Positions 46,958-60,100 of a stretch of 64,000 nucleotides of DNA are shown one piece after another. A program made the translations under genes and the position numbers. Numbering within the stretch: position 1 is the first letter of the stretch; every line of letters starts with the position of its first letter. The stretch is from Perna viridis (taxonomy: Eukaryota): positions 1,116,001 to 1,180,000 of the forward strand of contig CM074513.1 of assembly GCA_037379345.1 (NCBI GenBank), in the 5' to 3' direction. The notes beneath the pieces are model-generated. The model was not told where the DNA came from. It searched no databases and saw only the letters and a program-made list of their open reading frames with translations.

Positions 46958-49900
46958 CTGAAATGGAGATATTTGATTAATTGACATTACACAATAAGGT
47001 TTTATCTGTTTTTCAAGCAGCTAAGTAAGTCACTACTGAACCTCAAGAACAGCACAGAAATTCAGACATGATACCTCTTCAATGTCAATACTGAAACATG
47101 TATTCCATTGGGAAGACATCTTCACAATGAAAGGGCACTTGTGTCCACTTGGGTGAACACAGGAGCTCTGACTCAATGGGAATGAAGGGAAGAGGGAAAC
47201 CTGTAAATCAAAACTGAATGTGTGATGTCTTAAGATCTCACTTTGCCATTATATGTACAAAACTGAACCTCAAATTTTCAGAGATACAACTGTGCCCTTG
47301 ACCTCTCACCTTAAAATTCAAAAGGGTTTGCAATTTCCCTACGGATGAAGTATGTACTTGCAAGAACTTTACATGATTGTAATATCTACTAAAATCATAT
47401 TGAGATAAATAAAGCTCAATTCATGTTCAAATGAGGCCAAATTTTACATTTAAAAGAAAGCTTCGACCTTAACTAACAGGAATAGAGATAATCCAAACTG
47501 AATGACAGTCAGACATACAGAATTGATAGCAACTGAACATTGATATTCTCCCATATTTTATCGCTGGGGCATTTTAACAACTGCATTACAACAAAATGCT
47601 TGATGACAGACAGACAGACAGAAAGACAGACAGACAGGCATAATTGATAGTAATTGAACATTGATGTGCTCTCAAATTTCATCACTGGAGCTCCAAGAAA
47701 TGTTTGATAACATTAATTCTTTTTGTTTCTTCATTATCATTTAATGAAATATGAAGGATAGCTGTAAGAGTTATTGCATAACTGAAAACATTGGAAAATT
47801 ATCATATTTGATAAAATTTGGCAAGAAACTAGGTTTTTCAAGAGCATTGCTGAAACCTTTGGAACCTTGATACAAATTACATACATCTACATTTTTGCTA
47901 CTTTATTAGCATTACAGCTCCTGGTTAGAATCAGGCAGATTTAAATCCAATTTAACACAAAGTGAAAATTGTAAGGGCAATCCTTTGAAATGCCTGTGAT
48001 AATATGAATTTTGAAAAAAATGGGAAGTCTTGAATTTTTAACAATCAAATAGAAAGCTGATTTATACAATGATTTTCCTGAAGAAACTTAACATTTTCAA
48101 AATCACAAGGAACACATCTTTGGAAATGTACAATTCGTATATCATGCAATATAATGCAGCTTTATCAACTGAAGGTGCAGAGAAAACTGAAGACATACAA
48201 CAAAAACACAAGATTAAGGCAACCATTTTCTTTAGATTTTATCAACAAGATGTACGCATCATCATGCTAAGAATACCCCCACACAGCCATTTCAGTCAAA
48301 GCTGGGAAAAGGAGACACAGTACAATTTGACATGTAGAAGTTATATACTGAATATCTAAGTATTCCATGCTATAGAAGCTGAGAAATCTGTAATGAAAGC
48401 ACCCTAAAAAACTACAAAGTCGATCAGTAAACAGGAAATAGTTAAGTAATGAACCTGAAAAAGGAAAAAAAAACTGTATAACTTATCATGAGGAAGCAAT
48501 AAACCAAACATCTAAGCAATCCCTCCAGCAGAACTTGAGAAATCTAGAAAAAAGGTGTAATGGATGGATCTACACAACGATAGACTGATAGATGGAGGGA
48601 CGGAATGACAAATGGACAAGGTGATTGCAATATAGCCCCCATTCTAATGAGTTGGGGTATAATTAAAATTTTGACAGTTTCATTCTGCATGAGGTGTAGT
48701 ATTCTACATGAACTACATGTTCTACAGTCTGTACTGTTTGTACATAAAGTTTCTTGCAGAATGGCATACAAAAATTGTAACACATTTATCACTGATCTCC
48801 TAGATAATATGTAATGCACAGGATTGGAATCTTTGGAGATTCAGTCAAAATAGCTGATTTTCAAATTATATTTGCAGTTCATTATTTTATAGTGATCTTA
48901 TCCAAATATTGATCATTTTTCCAAAACTCAGTAGTTAATGACAAACAATGAAATCTTTATTTCTTTTCAGTTTTATGCATATAGATACTTGTAGGTAATT
49001 TGAATACAAGTCTACATGTACTAAGATACGTGTAACCTACCCACCACCCTCCCCATAAAACTGACCTTCACCTTCACCAACGAAAATGAAATGATTTTTT
49101 CCATAATTTCTGACTATCAGAAACGGGCACTAAATCACAATTCATATCAAAGAGATCTCAATCATCAAAGCATAGCAGAAGAATGCAGAAATCATTACAT
49201 TCAAATCAAAGTGCTGACAGAACTAGCATTAGTTCTTATCCAGGAGATCTATAAACAAACATATGTCTCCATGTTGTATTTGTTTAAACATCATTTACAT
49301 TACCATCAACAAACAATCAGTGAAGAATTAGCACTGGGTTAAAGTTCAATGTGCAAACAAGCACGACTGCACGTAACTGACAGGTACTCCACATAGCATA
49401 TTAAAAAGATACATCTGGAAGTATGCAGGGGTAGAAATAAGAAGATTCGTCCAACTGGTCAAGCAAGCAATTTTTGCCCAAATTGAACTGGCCTGGAGTG
49501 AAGTTTAAAATTATGTGGCCCAGCAGTAAAGGGCTGTTTGAATTTGACTTGCTTGACACGAAGCCGCATGTAGGAGAGCACATATTTCTACTCCTTGGCA
49601 CAAATAATATTTTGCCTTTTCCAATGCATGTTTATTGACTTTTTTACACAGAACATCTCTATTTATATGCGCATTGTATTTCCTTCTGACTATTTTACTC
49701 TCAATCAAAGCCAACTTTCACTTGTTAACCATACATTTTTAGGTTTACTTGCTTGAGCTTGGTATCTATAAATTGCATTTAAATCTGTTTAAACTGAACA
49801 TCATTCCGTCTGAAAGTTTTATTTGGTTTTGGAAAGTGTTCAGATGAGGTCTAAAATGCATTAAAACTATTACCGTAGAGCAGGAAATTTTCATGTGATT

Positions 49901-52900
49901 TTATTTCATGCTATATTCTTGAGGTTTCTGCATGTTAGGAAATTGCAAAAAAAAGCTTGCCAAATTTTATTCAATATATTTATTCATATAATTTCCATTC
50001 CACTTCATCTAAAGATGTGAAAAACAAAGACTGCGAACATTTAATAACCCTATTTATAGAGTAAATCATGATATTTGGCACCAAATAAAATTCCCCGCCA
50101 TACAGTATTTAATCACTACAGATGAGAGATTTAGTCTGGTTCTCGGTTTTATTCAGGATTGGGTTGATTTCACTATATCTTAATTAACTCAACTACAAGG
50201 TGTGCCAAATTTAAATTATTTTGTCAACACAAAAATATCAGTGAGGAATTTCCTTGATTTATCATCACTGAAAATGTCACATGTAAATTTTATTCAATAT
50301 TCACAGCAGTATTAAAACTTGAAATAATTTTACACATGACATTTGTCATATTTTTATCAATTTAAAATATGTATTACACATAATAATGAGTATGTTATGA
50401 TCAAAACATTTAATATGGCATTTACAATGCATAACAATTCAGATTGTATATAAATTTAAATTCAAGGTTAGAATAATTTATATGAAGAAATTTGGCAGGT
50501 ATTAGAAATGAGCAGAATGTCAAGTACATTCTGGGAAGTTATCTTGAAAGATGAAGATGAGCTGGGCAAACTCATAATGTACCATACACATCCAAATAAT
50601 CAGTAATTCTGTTCCATCTGTAAATGTATCAAGGGCAGTATCTCCAAAAACTAAAACAAGTATTGAATAGAAATCTGATAAGTCTACATGAACTTGAAAT
50701 GTAAGATAGAATTTGTTTGTAAATTGTAAATATTTTTCCCAGCTCAAAAGGTACAGACACATGTTTACTGAGACTCATAATGTACACATTTTACATGTCA
50801 AAAAATATATTATAATAAAGAATATTTCTTGTAAGAAAGGTTCTGATAAAAATTAAGGTACCTGTCAAATACAGTGAATAGAGAAAGTGAACAGACATCT
50901 ATATTCCCCCAGTGATGCAATTCCAGTGGCGGATCCAAAGGGGTGTGTTCAGGGGGTTGGCACCCCTCCTTTTTATTGGAAAATTTGTCATTTTCAAGTG
51001 TAAAATTGACAAAAAAATGTAAATTATGTCCTAGCATACCCCTTTTATCTGAGGAACTCCAGCTTGCACCCCTCCTTTTCAAAGTGTCAGGATCCACCAC
51101 TGTATTCTACAATACATATCTAATCATACGAAAGTTCACCAGGTCTATTGAAATGTTCTTTTGACTACTTGTATTACATTTCAAGCAAGTAAAGTTTTCG
51201 TTATAGTTAGATCAAGAAGTTTTAACATTGGCTTAATGACTAATGATTATAATGGTTAGCAGTGAACAATGAGACTGCAAACTCATATCTGTATATACTA
51301 CTTGATGACAATTCATATTTTTCACCGTATCCTATGGAAATGATCTGTAAAATCCTGAACTTTCTGAAATTTTAACAAAAGTACTATGGAGACATTCACA
51401 ATCTGTAGAGCATAATTTGCAGTCAAAATTCATAAAAAATACGAAAATTTGTTTAAGTAAACACATCTGCAAACTGTCCAATGTGGGTCCTGACTCACAT
51501 CACATCAACTAGTTGACATAACTGGTATCCATGTATCTTATAGAGACATCTTTATGGCAAAAATTTCCTTGAGTGACCAACAAAAAATATTTTTTGGTCT
51601 GGCAGAACCTTCAAGTCTGTCTCTTCAGCCAGTTATAAAAAGTTTAAAATTCAGGCTCAACGCATTATTTTATTACAAGTCCAAAAGGGGTTAAAATCTA
51701 AGAGTGAAAGGTTCATGACTTTTCCAAGATTAAAAGGTCCAGGACTTCCAAGTTTCAAATCAATGGTCCACTTGAAGAAATCATTCTATAATAAAATGTT
51801 GATTTATAGAGTTTAAGGTCCAGAACCCATGTAAATGAAATTTCAGAGGTCCTAGGTAAGAAATTGAGGGTCTGCTGCTCCATGGTCTAGAAATGCCAGA
51901 AGCCATGAACCCTTTGCACTTAAATACTGAAAATTGGCCTTAAGCAAAGGATTTACAATGTAACTTAGGAGACCTTTTTTTTTAATTTCTATTTGAATCA
52001 CTGACAGGCACATCATTTGAACTTTGATACAAAATGTAAAAATCCATCTGTTCATTCATCTAAAATTCAACAGAAAACTGTTGGTGTACAATTTCTTCCC
52101 ATGACAAACAGATATAGACTTGTTTCAACATGCTTAAAACAAATTCATCTTCAAAAAAAGTAAATTAACAAGTAGATGTTTCAGAAACACCTGAGAGGTC
52201 AAAGGTAACACCCAATCAATAATTCTCCTAACTGAAGATGCACAAAATGCACCTTCTTACGTCATTAACTTCTTTCCTGCTAGGAAATTTATCATCTGAA
52301 GTGTGTGCCGAATGATTTTCTGACAACACATTCCACTTTACTGCTATCAATAAAAAAATGTCAGAATTATTCTTTATATTTTAGAAATTTCTTTTGAAAG
52401 AATTCACCTCTAGATAAAAGCTATCAGAATCAAAGACAACTTAGTTTTGATCATGATGTTTGGATCCCGTTCAAAGTTTTAAGCTTTCATACAAAACAAA
52501 GAAAGATATAATGTAGATATATGATGAAGACAATGACCCAAAACTTTTATAAACATCAACTGTAAGTTAATGAACCACACTTTTTCTTACTTAAGCAGTT
52601 TTATGAAAAACTAGAAAAAATTTGTCAGTTAATCACAGATACTCCTACCTTTAAAATTTAAAAAAGTGAAAAAGGGACATAACTCAAATATGGTGCAATA
52701 CCCAGTAAAAAAAAATTCCCTGAATTTTATGGCCTGCGTTTTCAAGTCTTGTAAAAGATCACTGAGTGGTTCTTCATTTACAAAAATATCATCCTTAAAC
52801 CAAGTATGATTAATGTAGATATATATGGATGGACAAGGCTACATAACAGTCCCTATATATTTCCTAACTTATGGATGGACAAGCCTACATAACAGTCCCT

Positions 52901-55900
52901 ATATATTTCCTAACTTATGGATGGACAAGCCTACATAACAGTCCCTATATATTTCCTAACTTATGGATGGACAAGGCTACATAACATTCTCTATAGATTT
53001 CCTAACTTATGGATGGACAAGCCTACATAAAAGTCCCTATATATTTCCTAACTTATGGACGGACAAGGCTACATAACATTCTCTATAGATTTCCTAACAG
53101 GTGTTTTCATAATTGTACAAAAATGTTGATACTTTCCAAACCAAGGCAAATTATTTAAGAATATTCAAAAATGATGTTTTCTACAAATATAAATCCTTGA
53201 TTTTCCATCTCAGCTGAATATTCCTACCTAAGCATCTTATTTTCTGTATATTTCCATAGATGTCGAAAAATATCCACAGCGGCAATGTTCTGTCGACATG
53301 CATTAAGGTGGCAACCTTACTGTTATTTCTAGAATACCGTACCTCACCTGTCAAAATAGGCATGTTAAATATATGTATAAATATAAATATAAATAATAAA
53401 ATATATATAATAATATAAATAATTATTCAAAAGGAACAAATATACTATAGTCAGTTCACTTGTTTTGGTCATTTCCACTTGCCAATGGTGGAGGTAAGTC
53501 ATCACCATAAGTGACCTCCAACTATAGCAATGACCAGTCTTAAAAGACTGTGATCGATTTCACAAAAAGTAGTTAATGTAAAATTATAATAAATATATAT
53601 AAAATAACTTATGATGTGTTAATAGAAAAAGCATTGTGATGTCATAATTTACCATCATTTCTACGCTTACAGCTGTTTGTGAAATAGACTATAGACTGGT
53701 ATAGAGATATCTGTGTATAGAACATTCTACATATTAAGACTACCTATAGATCTAATATAAGACCATAACTTAACTATCCCTTGAAAATTACTTAAAATTA
53801 GCAACATGTATAATTTAGAATATAATCTTTCAACTCATCACAGCCTCTTTAGAGATTTCAGTGACTTTTCAATTTCTAGCTGGAGCACTGTCAGTATTAC
53901 ATTTAATTATTCTACTGCAGATATATTTGTTAGTACATTAGTAGTATTTCTTACATCTCTTAATTTCTTATATCAACAGGTCTTGTGGTTAAGTTCCTTT
54001 GTTGGTGGATATCAACTTATCAATTTCCTGAAATCAACACAGTTATTTCATGGAATTTGATAATCTTTAAAAGTTAAGTGGAGGGATAATTCAATTTAAT
54101 CTATAAGGTTTGAACGCCACTTAGAAGCTGAACAAGAACTTAGTAAATACCCAACAAACAAAGGAACAACTTCAGAAATATTTTAAAAAATCAATTACAC
54201 ATTTCCTTAAATTAATTTTTTGAGGAAAAAAGAGACATAGTTTAGTGGTAATCGAAAACTAATGACCAAACTATACCACAAACACATTGATTGTTTATTC
54301 CATATTGTCAACTTTCCTTTCATCTGCGGCAACATCCCTTCAGCACCAAGTATGGAGTTTTCATATCACAACTCATACTTTATGCCAGAGCTTGCCATAA
54401 CTACGCAGACTTTTTGTATTGTGCTAGACTTCCTACAATTAGGCCTCTGGAACAGGCCTACGGTAATGTTGCAACAAGATAGAAGTCATCTCTACAGAAG
54501 TTTTATGGTCACCATCAGATAATAATTTTGTTATTACCCTTCATTGTATTAAATCTACACATTATGTACTAAAACCCCTTCAATATATATATATACATAT
54601 TTGCAAAAGTCAGAAGTCCCAAGGTGTGTATTTAATTTGCTACTCATGTAGTCTGATTGTATTCATGATCAAGATTTCTTAATCAGAAAATGGAAATACC
54701 TTCATGAATGTTTTATCATCAGAACCAGACAGCGTCTATTACAAAACATTGACAAACAAGGTAATGAAATCGACAACACTACTGAGAAGGGCAAATAGAA
54801 TCCATTGAAGCATTTTTTTAATCCTTTTATAGTCATATTTACCTAATTAAGAACTAATATAAACTAATTAAAATGATAGCTTTGAACCTTTCATACCTGT
54901 AGCTCTGGTGTAGTTATCATTTATGACAAATAATGATTTTTTTTTTAATTCCAGCACATGAGATAACTTGTCATCCAAGAGTGCATTTAGATTCAACTTT
55001 GCGAACAAGTTCCATACACTTGGCATATTTTGGCACTCATGATAATATTTTGATAATTCACCCATTCCAATTAATTATCCTATAAGAATTCCATGATCAG
55101 TTGTCCAGTTATCATCTGAAAACCGTTAGGGAATGGACATAAGGACAGACAGAACGACTGACACGATACTTCATGTTGCAGGTACATGTATAATAATTGA
55201 GTAATTCCTTAAAATTGGGGCAATTTTTCATGTATTCATAAAAATCAGGTACATTGATGGCATGATTAAACTGTCATGCAATTATTTGCTCAAAAACCCA
55301 AAATGAACCCCTAAATGGCTTTCAAATTAAAGATTTGAAGAAAGAAAAAAAAAAACAATGTTTTCATAAAAAAAAGTACTTGTAACTATGAATGAATTTG
55401 CAATACTACATCAATTTCAATGCAAATGTTCAAGATTGGATATGAAACAATGAAAATATAACAGGAAGGAATTGAATTCAGATTGAATTTTTCCATTGAA
55501 ACATGATACAATCAATTCTTTCAAGTATAAAGAAGTTTTCTAATTTCCAATAAAAAATTAAGCAGGTTTTCCTTAAATATAACAGTGTAAACAATACATT
55601 ACGGTCAATCCTGTCCTTAGTAACCATGAAAAGCAAACTCATGGTTACATAAGACAGGTGGTCATTATATACAGGCTACTTTTATATAATATGCATTACT
55701 AGTAGGATAGCCAGTTGAAATGAGTGAATAACCAAACATTATCACAAGTGCCGAAGAAGACCATGATTTTTAAACGAGTGTGCAGAACTTGTTCCATGCA
55801 CGAGTTAAATCTTCCAGCATTCTTGGCACAAGTAATCATATTTTGTTATTTATGATAAACAGTTGATTATCCTATTTATTATATAGATTTTCTTCATAAT

Positions 55901-57168
55901 TTATCAATATTTTCAACATGAATTTTAAATTCTGTGATTGGCGGATTGATATCAAAGTTGTAATGTTTCGGCGAGAGAAAGTCCAAGAGGGAAATTAATG
56001 AATTTACTTCACAGTGTGAATTATCAAAATTTATTACACTGGGAACATTTGATAAAACACTGCTATCTATATAATAAATAGAAATATTTCAATCACATGT
56101 ATAGTTTTTTTAAGACTGGTTATTGCAGAATACAGGTAGTTGTTAATACAATTTGAAGTGTACTTAAAGTCCGAAAGGTATTAACTGTTTTAGATTTAAC
56201 TTCTACGTCTGTGCATTTGTTCAGTTGCACAATATCTTCTTTTTTCTATAGTACTTGAAATCTTGAACTTATGGGCATATATTGCCCAAGAAACCTGATC
56301 TTATGTCTATGTAGGTAATCTAAAATATGGTGTTTTAAATAGATCTATTGGTTTGTATCTTCAAGTTAATCAATGACTCCAATTCACCCATGAAGATTAT
56401 ACAAAGATCAACTAAGTAATTTGAGGTTTATTAACATACAGTGAGAGTACTTTTATTTGGGGGTACCAATTTTTGTGGTTTAGGAAACAATTATCAGTTA
56501 TCAGATTCTTGAATTTGTGGATCATACAAACGAATGAGAATTTCCTCTTTGTTGGAAACCAAATTTCGTGGTTTATCAAACCCACGAAAACCACAAAAAT
56601 TAGTACCCTACAAACAATAGTACTTTCACAGTACATAATTTCTACCTACCATCATTTGTTAGATGAAAGCATAACTCGTCTCCAATTTCTGGTGATCGAT
56701 AAACATCCTTATTTACAACCCAATATTCCATCCTATCTAACAGAAGATCGGCATCATCTGGTAGCTCAGATTGCGACACAGAGTCGGGAGAACATGTCGT
56801 GAACCCCACAGCAAGTCCTCCAACATATGATCTGTCTATACCAAGAACTTGAAGCACTATTTTTTCACCACATTTTAATGGCCTAGAGGAGAAGACATAT
56901 CCATTACAGAATTCTTCAGGTGAGCGAAATGCAATAGTTCGACTAGGGTCCGTTATTTGAATATTTTTTCCATTGAGTTTATGAAATTGCATCAACGAGA
57001 ATCGTGTCATTGTATAATATTTTATGGGTAAACTCTGTGACTGCACCACAGTGTTGGGCGGAGCTTGGTCTCCTGATGTCATAGCAGTCATCTGTGATGT
57101 AATCGCTGAAATTTCTGCTGGCATTGATATTGATGGACGGTTTAACATATTGTTCAGCATTGGAGGCT
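46476..57168 (-). CDS. neur: Neuralized E3 ubiquitin ligase, 3' part (NHR domain plus C-terminal RING); join(complement 57168..56650, 53347..53228, 46957..46476)
   Basis: NHR motif FHKLNGKNIQI..AFRSPEEFCNGYVFSSRPL..GGLAVGFT..LPDDADLLLDRMEYWVV..GEVRYSRN..HVDRTLPLWIFFDIYG; RING ECTVCYEREVNSVLYKCGHVCMCFECA..CPICR; all junctions phase 1; upstream exons not found in the window. Confidence 0.93.
50924..51102. mobile_element. GC-rich MITE
   Basis: TIRs cagtggcggatcc and ggatccaccactg. Confidence 0.7.
52825..53097. repeat. 46-bp minisatellite, about 6 copies
   Basis: atggatggacaag[c/g]ctacataacagtccctatatatttcctaactt. Confidence 0.95.
53228..53347 (-). CDS. neur: neuralized exon (end of NHR domain)
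   Basis: GEVRYSRNNSKVATLMHVDRTLPLWIFFDIYGNIQKIRCL, 120 nt. Confidence 0.9.
54262..54515 (+). mobile_element. Relic of a reverse-transcriptase element (Penelope-like), C-terminal RT region, frameshifted
   Basis: KLYHKHIDCLFHIVNFPFICGNIPSAP, then a frameshift, then YGVFISQLILYARACHNYADFLYCARL; matches the common invertebrate motif LYDKRDDF..IVNFPF...IP..PAYGV.ISQLIRYARAC. Confidence 0.7.
55705..56075. repeat. Dispersed repeat, related copy at about 59295-59640
   Basis: Shared agaacttgttcc..cacgagttaaatcttcc..ttgattatcctatt..atagatttt..aatattttcaacat..tgtgat..gattgatat. Confidence 0.65.
56439..56631. mobile_element. TA-flanked MITE (Tc1/mariner-type target site)
   Basis: ta followed by cagtgagagtacttttatttgggggtaccaatttt at the left; aaaattagtaccctacaaacaatagtactttcacag followed by ta at the right. 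Confidence 0.7.
56650..57168 (-). CDS. neur: neuralized exon (NHR domain)
   Basis: AG acceptor at 57169-57170, GT donor at 56648-56649, 519 nt. Confidence 0.9.
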
Positions 57169-60100
57169 CTGGAAATTAAAAAAAAAATTTTTAAATAAGA
57201 ATAAAATGAGAATAAGTTTAAAACCCAATTTAATCTCCAACTTTAATAAGGGTCTTTCAAATACTGTTAATATGAAAACCTTGGCAGTGAGAGAATAGCA
57301 ATTTTTTCTACATTTGTGGTTATGAAATACCTGTGAAATTTACCCAAGTGAGTTGCAATATAACAGCCCCTCAAAAATATCCACATTGCCTGATTTCTCA
57401 CACCACACAGCTAGATACATCTGCAGAGGTGGTGCCCTAAACAAATGGGGCACATACAGACACAAAGTTCAAGCTTGATACAGTATTGAATTTTGTGACA
57501 TTTGATGAGAAACTAGGCAGGTGTTTCTAGAAAAGCAGAGGAAGCTTGCTCTGCCGGTGCATCTAGTCCATACTTCTGGTTTTTAGTGGAACCTTAATTG
57601 CTCATTGATTTTGTTTCTTTGTATTGTTATTTTGGTTATTCCATGTTCTTTGTTGTATGCTTCTATTTTCCCAGTCTAGTCTTTATCCTTTGAATACATT
57701 TTTTTTTATTACAGCTGGAATCTTTGTTGCATTGAGTGCTGGAACTATTTAACCATGCTCATTATAAAGTGCTGATCAAGTCAGACTTAAATATTTAACT
57801 AGCCAATTTAAATCAAGAAAACAAAAAACGTTACATATGACCTTGTGTCCAAAAACTTCCTAACTTTAAATTAAAAACATATCAACTAACATTGTTGTTT
57901 CTGCTACTTATAATGTGTTAATGTTGCACTTATGTTAAAGTATGGAATCAACAATTTACATAAGGCCAAAAAATATACATAAAGGCTGTTTATGGTTGAG
58001 AGTCAAGTTGAAAGACACTTTTTTCATCTGCAATCATAACTCATTTGATCACATAACAAATCAATTCTGCAAATTTCAAAACTAAAAACAAGAAAATGTA
58101 ACCATAAAACACAAATGCCTGACATCCCTATAATGTTAGAATCATAAAATGATGAATATGTGTGATAGGTTTACATAATAACAGTAACCACCTAACCCAC
58201 AGAAGACTACAAGGAGGTAGTGACAAACAAAAAATCTTTTAGATGTTATCACATACTTTGATACTTTGTGTGGCAGGGTATTAAAACCAAGTATCTGCTT
58301 TATAAGCAAGGCTTTAAAATTACTGTAAAGTAAAATATGTATGTGGCAGCAAAAAAAATTGCTTGCATCAAGAACCCCTCAAATCTTCCTTGTCTTACAC
58401 ATAGAGAAACCACAAAGAATCAATCCCATCACTAAGTCATTAAACTTTGCCCAAGGACATTAATAAAGAGTCACGTACATGTACAAGTAAAGAATGAGGC
58501 AATGTGACCTAATTTTGCCTTTAGAGTAGTACATAAGTTGGCAAATTCGTAAATCTCTGTATGAAATATTGCACACAGTATCGTGTATAGGAAAACCACA
58601 ATAAATTCCCCACATTATTCCGCTATCCTATCATGCCCCTAAGATCCTACTTAACTACCCCAATCTTAAGATCTACAGACAGTGAAATGATGTCTATATC
58701 ACTAAAGTGACAAAAATCATAATTATACATATTGACCCCCCTGAAGGTAAAATGATCAGTTTAAATTACAGTAAAATCTGTACATACATTTCATAAATCA
58801 TTGCATATTTTCTTCCAATACAAAATACATTTAAAGCTAGCTAAGCATTTTAAAAACAGCAAAGCCTTGGAGTTCTAAAATTTAACCCCTTTTGTTAAAG
58901 TTAGATGTTTGACGGTTATGTATTATGAGGACATCTCTAGACATAAAAAAAATCTGAATGTAACCTGATTACAGACCTATCCATGACCTTAAAAATCAAT
59001 AGGGATCAATTTTTTTTCAGAGAAGTATGTTGTAAAAAATTTCTACAAAATCTAATTTAAAGACAGTAAACAAGGATATTGAAGGATGGCAAAAAAAAGG
59101 ATGGATGTTAGAGTTACTTTTATCCATCATAACTTACATTGTATGTACACTAGGGATAGCCATAGTATAGTTAAAAGTGATATACATATACACTAGGGAT
59201 AGCCATAGTATAGTTAATAGCGATATACATGTACATGTATATTAAAATTATATCCTTGAAAAATCTAAGAATTAAAAGGAAAACAAAATGACTAATAGGA
59301 TAATGAATTGGAAAGGCTGAATACCCACAATATGGTCACCAGTGCCAAATATCTAGATTGAAGTGGCGTGTAGAACTTGTTCCCTACACGAGTTAAATCT
59401 TCCTGGGTTAAATCACTTCTCAAATATTGATTATCCTATTTATACATAGATTTTCTACATAACTTAATATTTTCAACATAAATCTAAAATTTTGTGATCA
59501 CCAGATTGATATTCCTGTTGTGAAATTTTTGCAGGGTGATAGTCCAGAAGTGAAATTAATAACCAAATTTATTTCACAGTGCGAATAAACAATTTTTTTA
59601 TACCGGGAGCGATAAATCGGTACTATATATGCATCTATAAGACATATCAATATTAAAAGTTCATATCGTCCATGAATAAACATGATATGATTTAAAGTGA
59701 GCTCTAGGTTTATATGTCCTAAGTGCCTGTCATTTCAATAACACGATTTTTTTTTTTTGTAAAGAGAGTAAATTGAAGTTTTGACTGCTCATAATACAAA
59801 CAATTATACGCAGCATAATGAGGTAATTCAAAATTATTGTAGCCTAACATAAATGCAGTGCAAAGGAAAATCCAAAAACTTACAGTCACACATGTATCAT
59901 CAAAAACATAATATATGTACTGGTACATGTATATTGATAGTGAATTATCTTCTATAACAGTTAAATTCCCAGTATCTTAAAAATTTGTTCAACACAGAAT
60001 ATACTTATGTCTCTATTTCTGGGTCCAAATAATAAGAAGTAAATGTATTTGCAGGGAGGGTACATGGCTTTGGTACATGGCTTTGGTATATGGCTTTGGT

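Noticed and set aside
48544-48819. Cys-containing 91-aa minus-strand ORF in a neuralized intron
   Set aside because: Its 3' half is a HINE-like terminus (ttatacccc..aatcaccttgtcc) and it has no phase-compatible splice sites.
3367-53097. Tandem arrays as CRISPR arrays
   Set aside because: The units are contiguous with no unique spacers, there are no cas genes, and the context is eukaryotic.
57395-57523. Su(H)-like site (TGTGAGAA) and proneural E-box (GCAGGTG) in the neuralized intron
   Set aside because: Single short motifs; the E-box falls in what looks like a retroelement remnant. Cannot be supported without conservation data.
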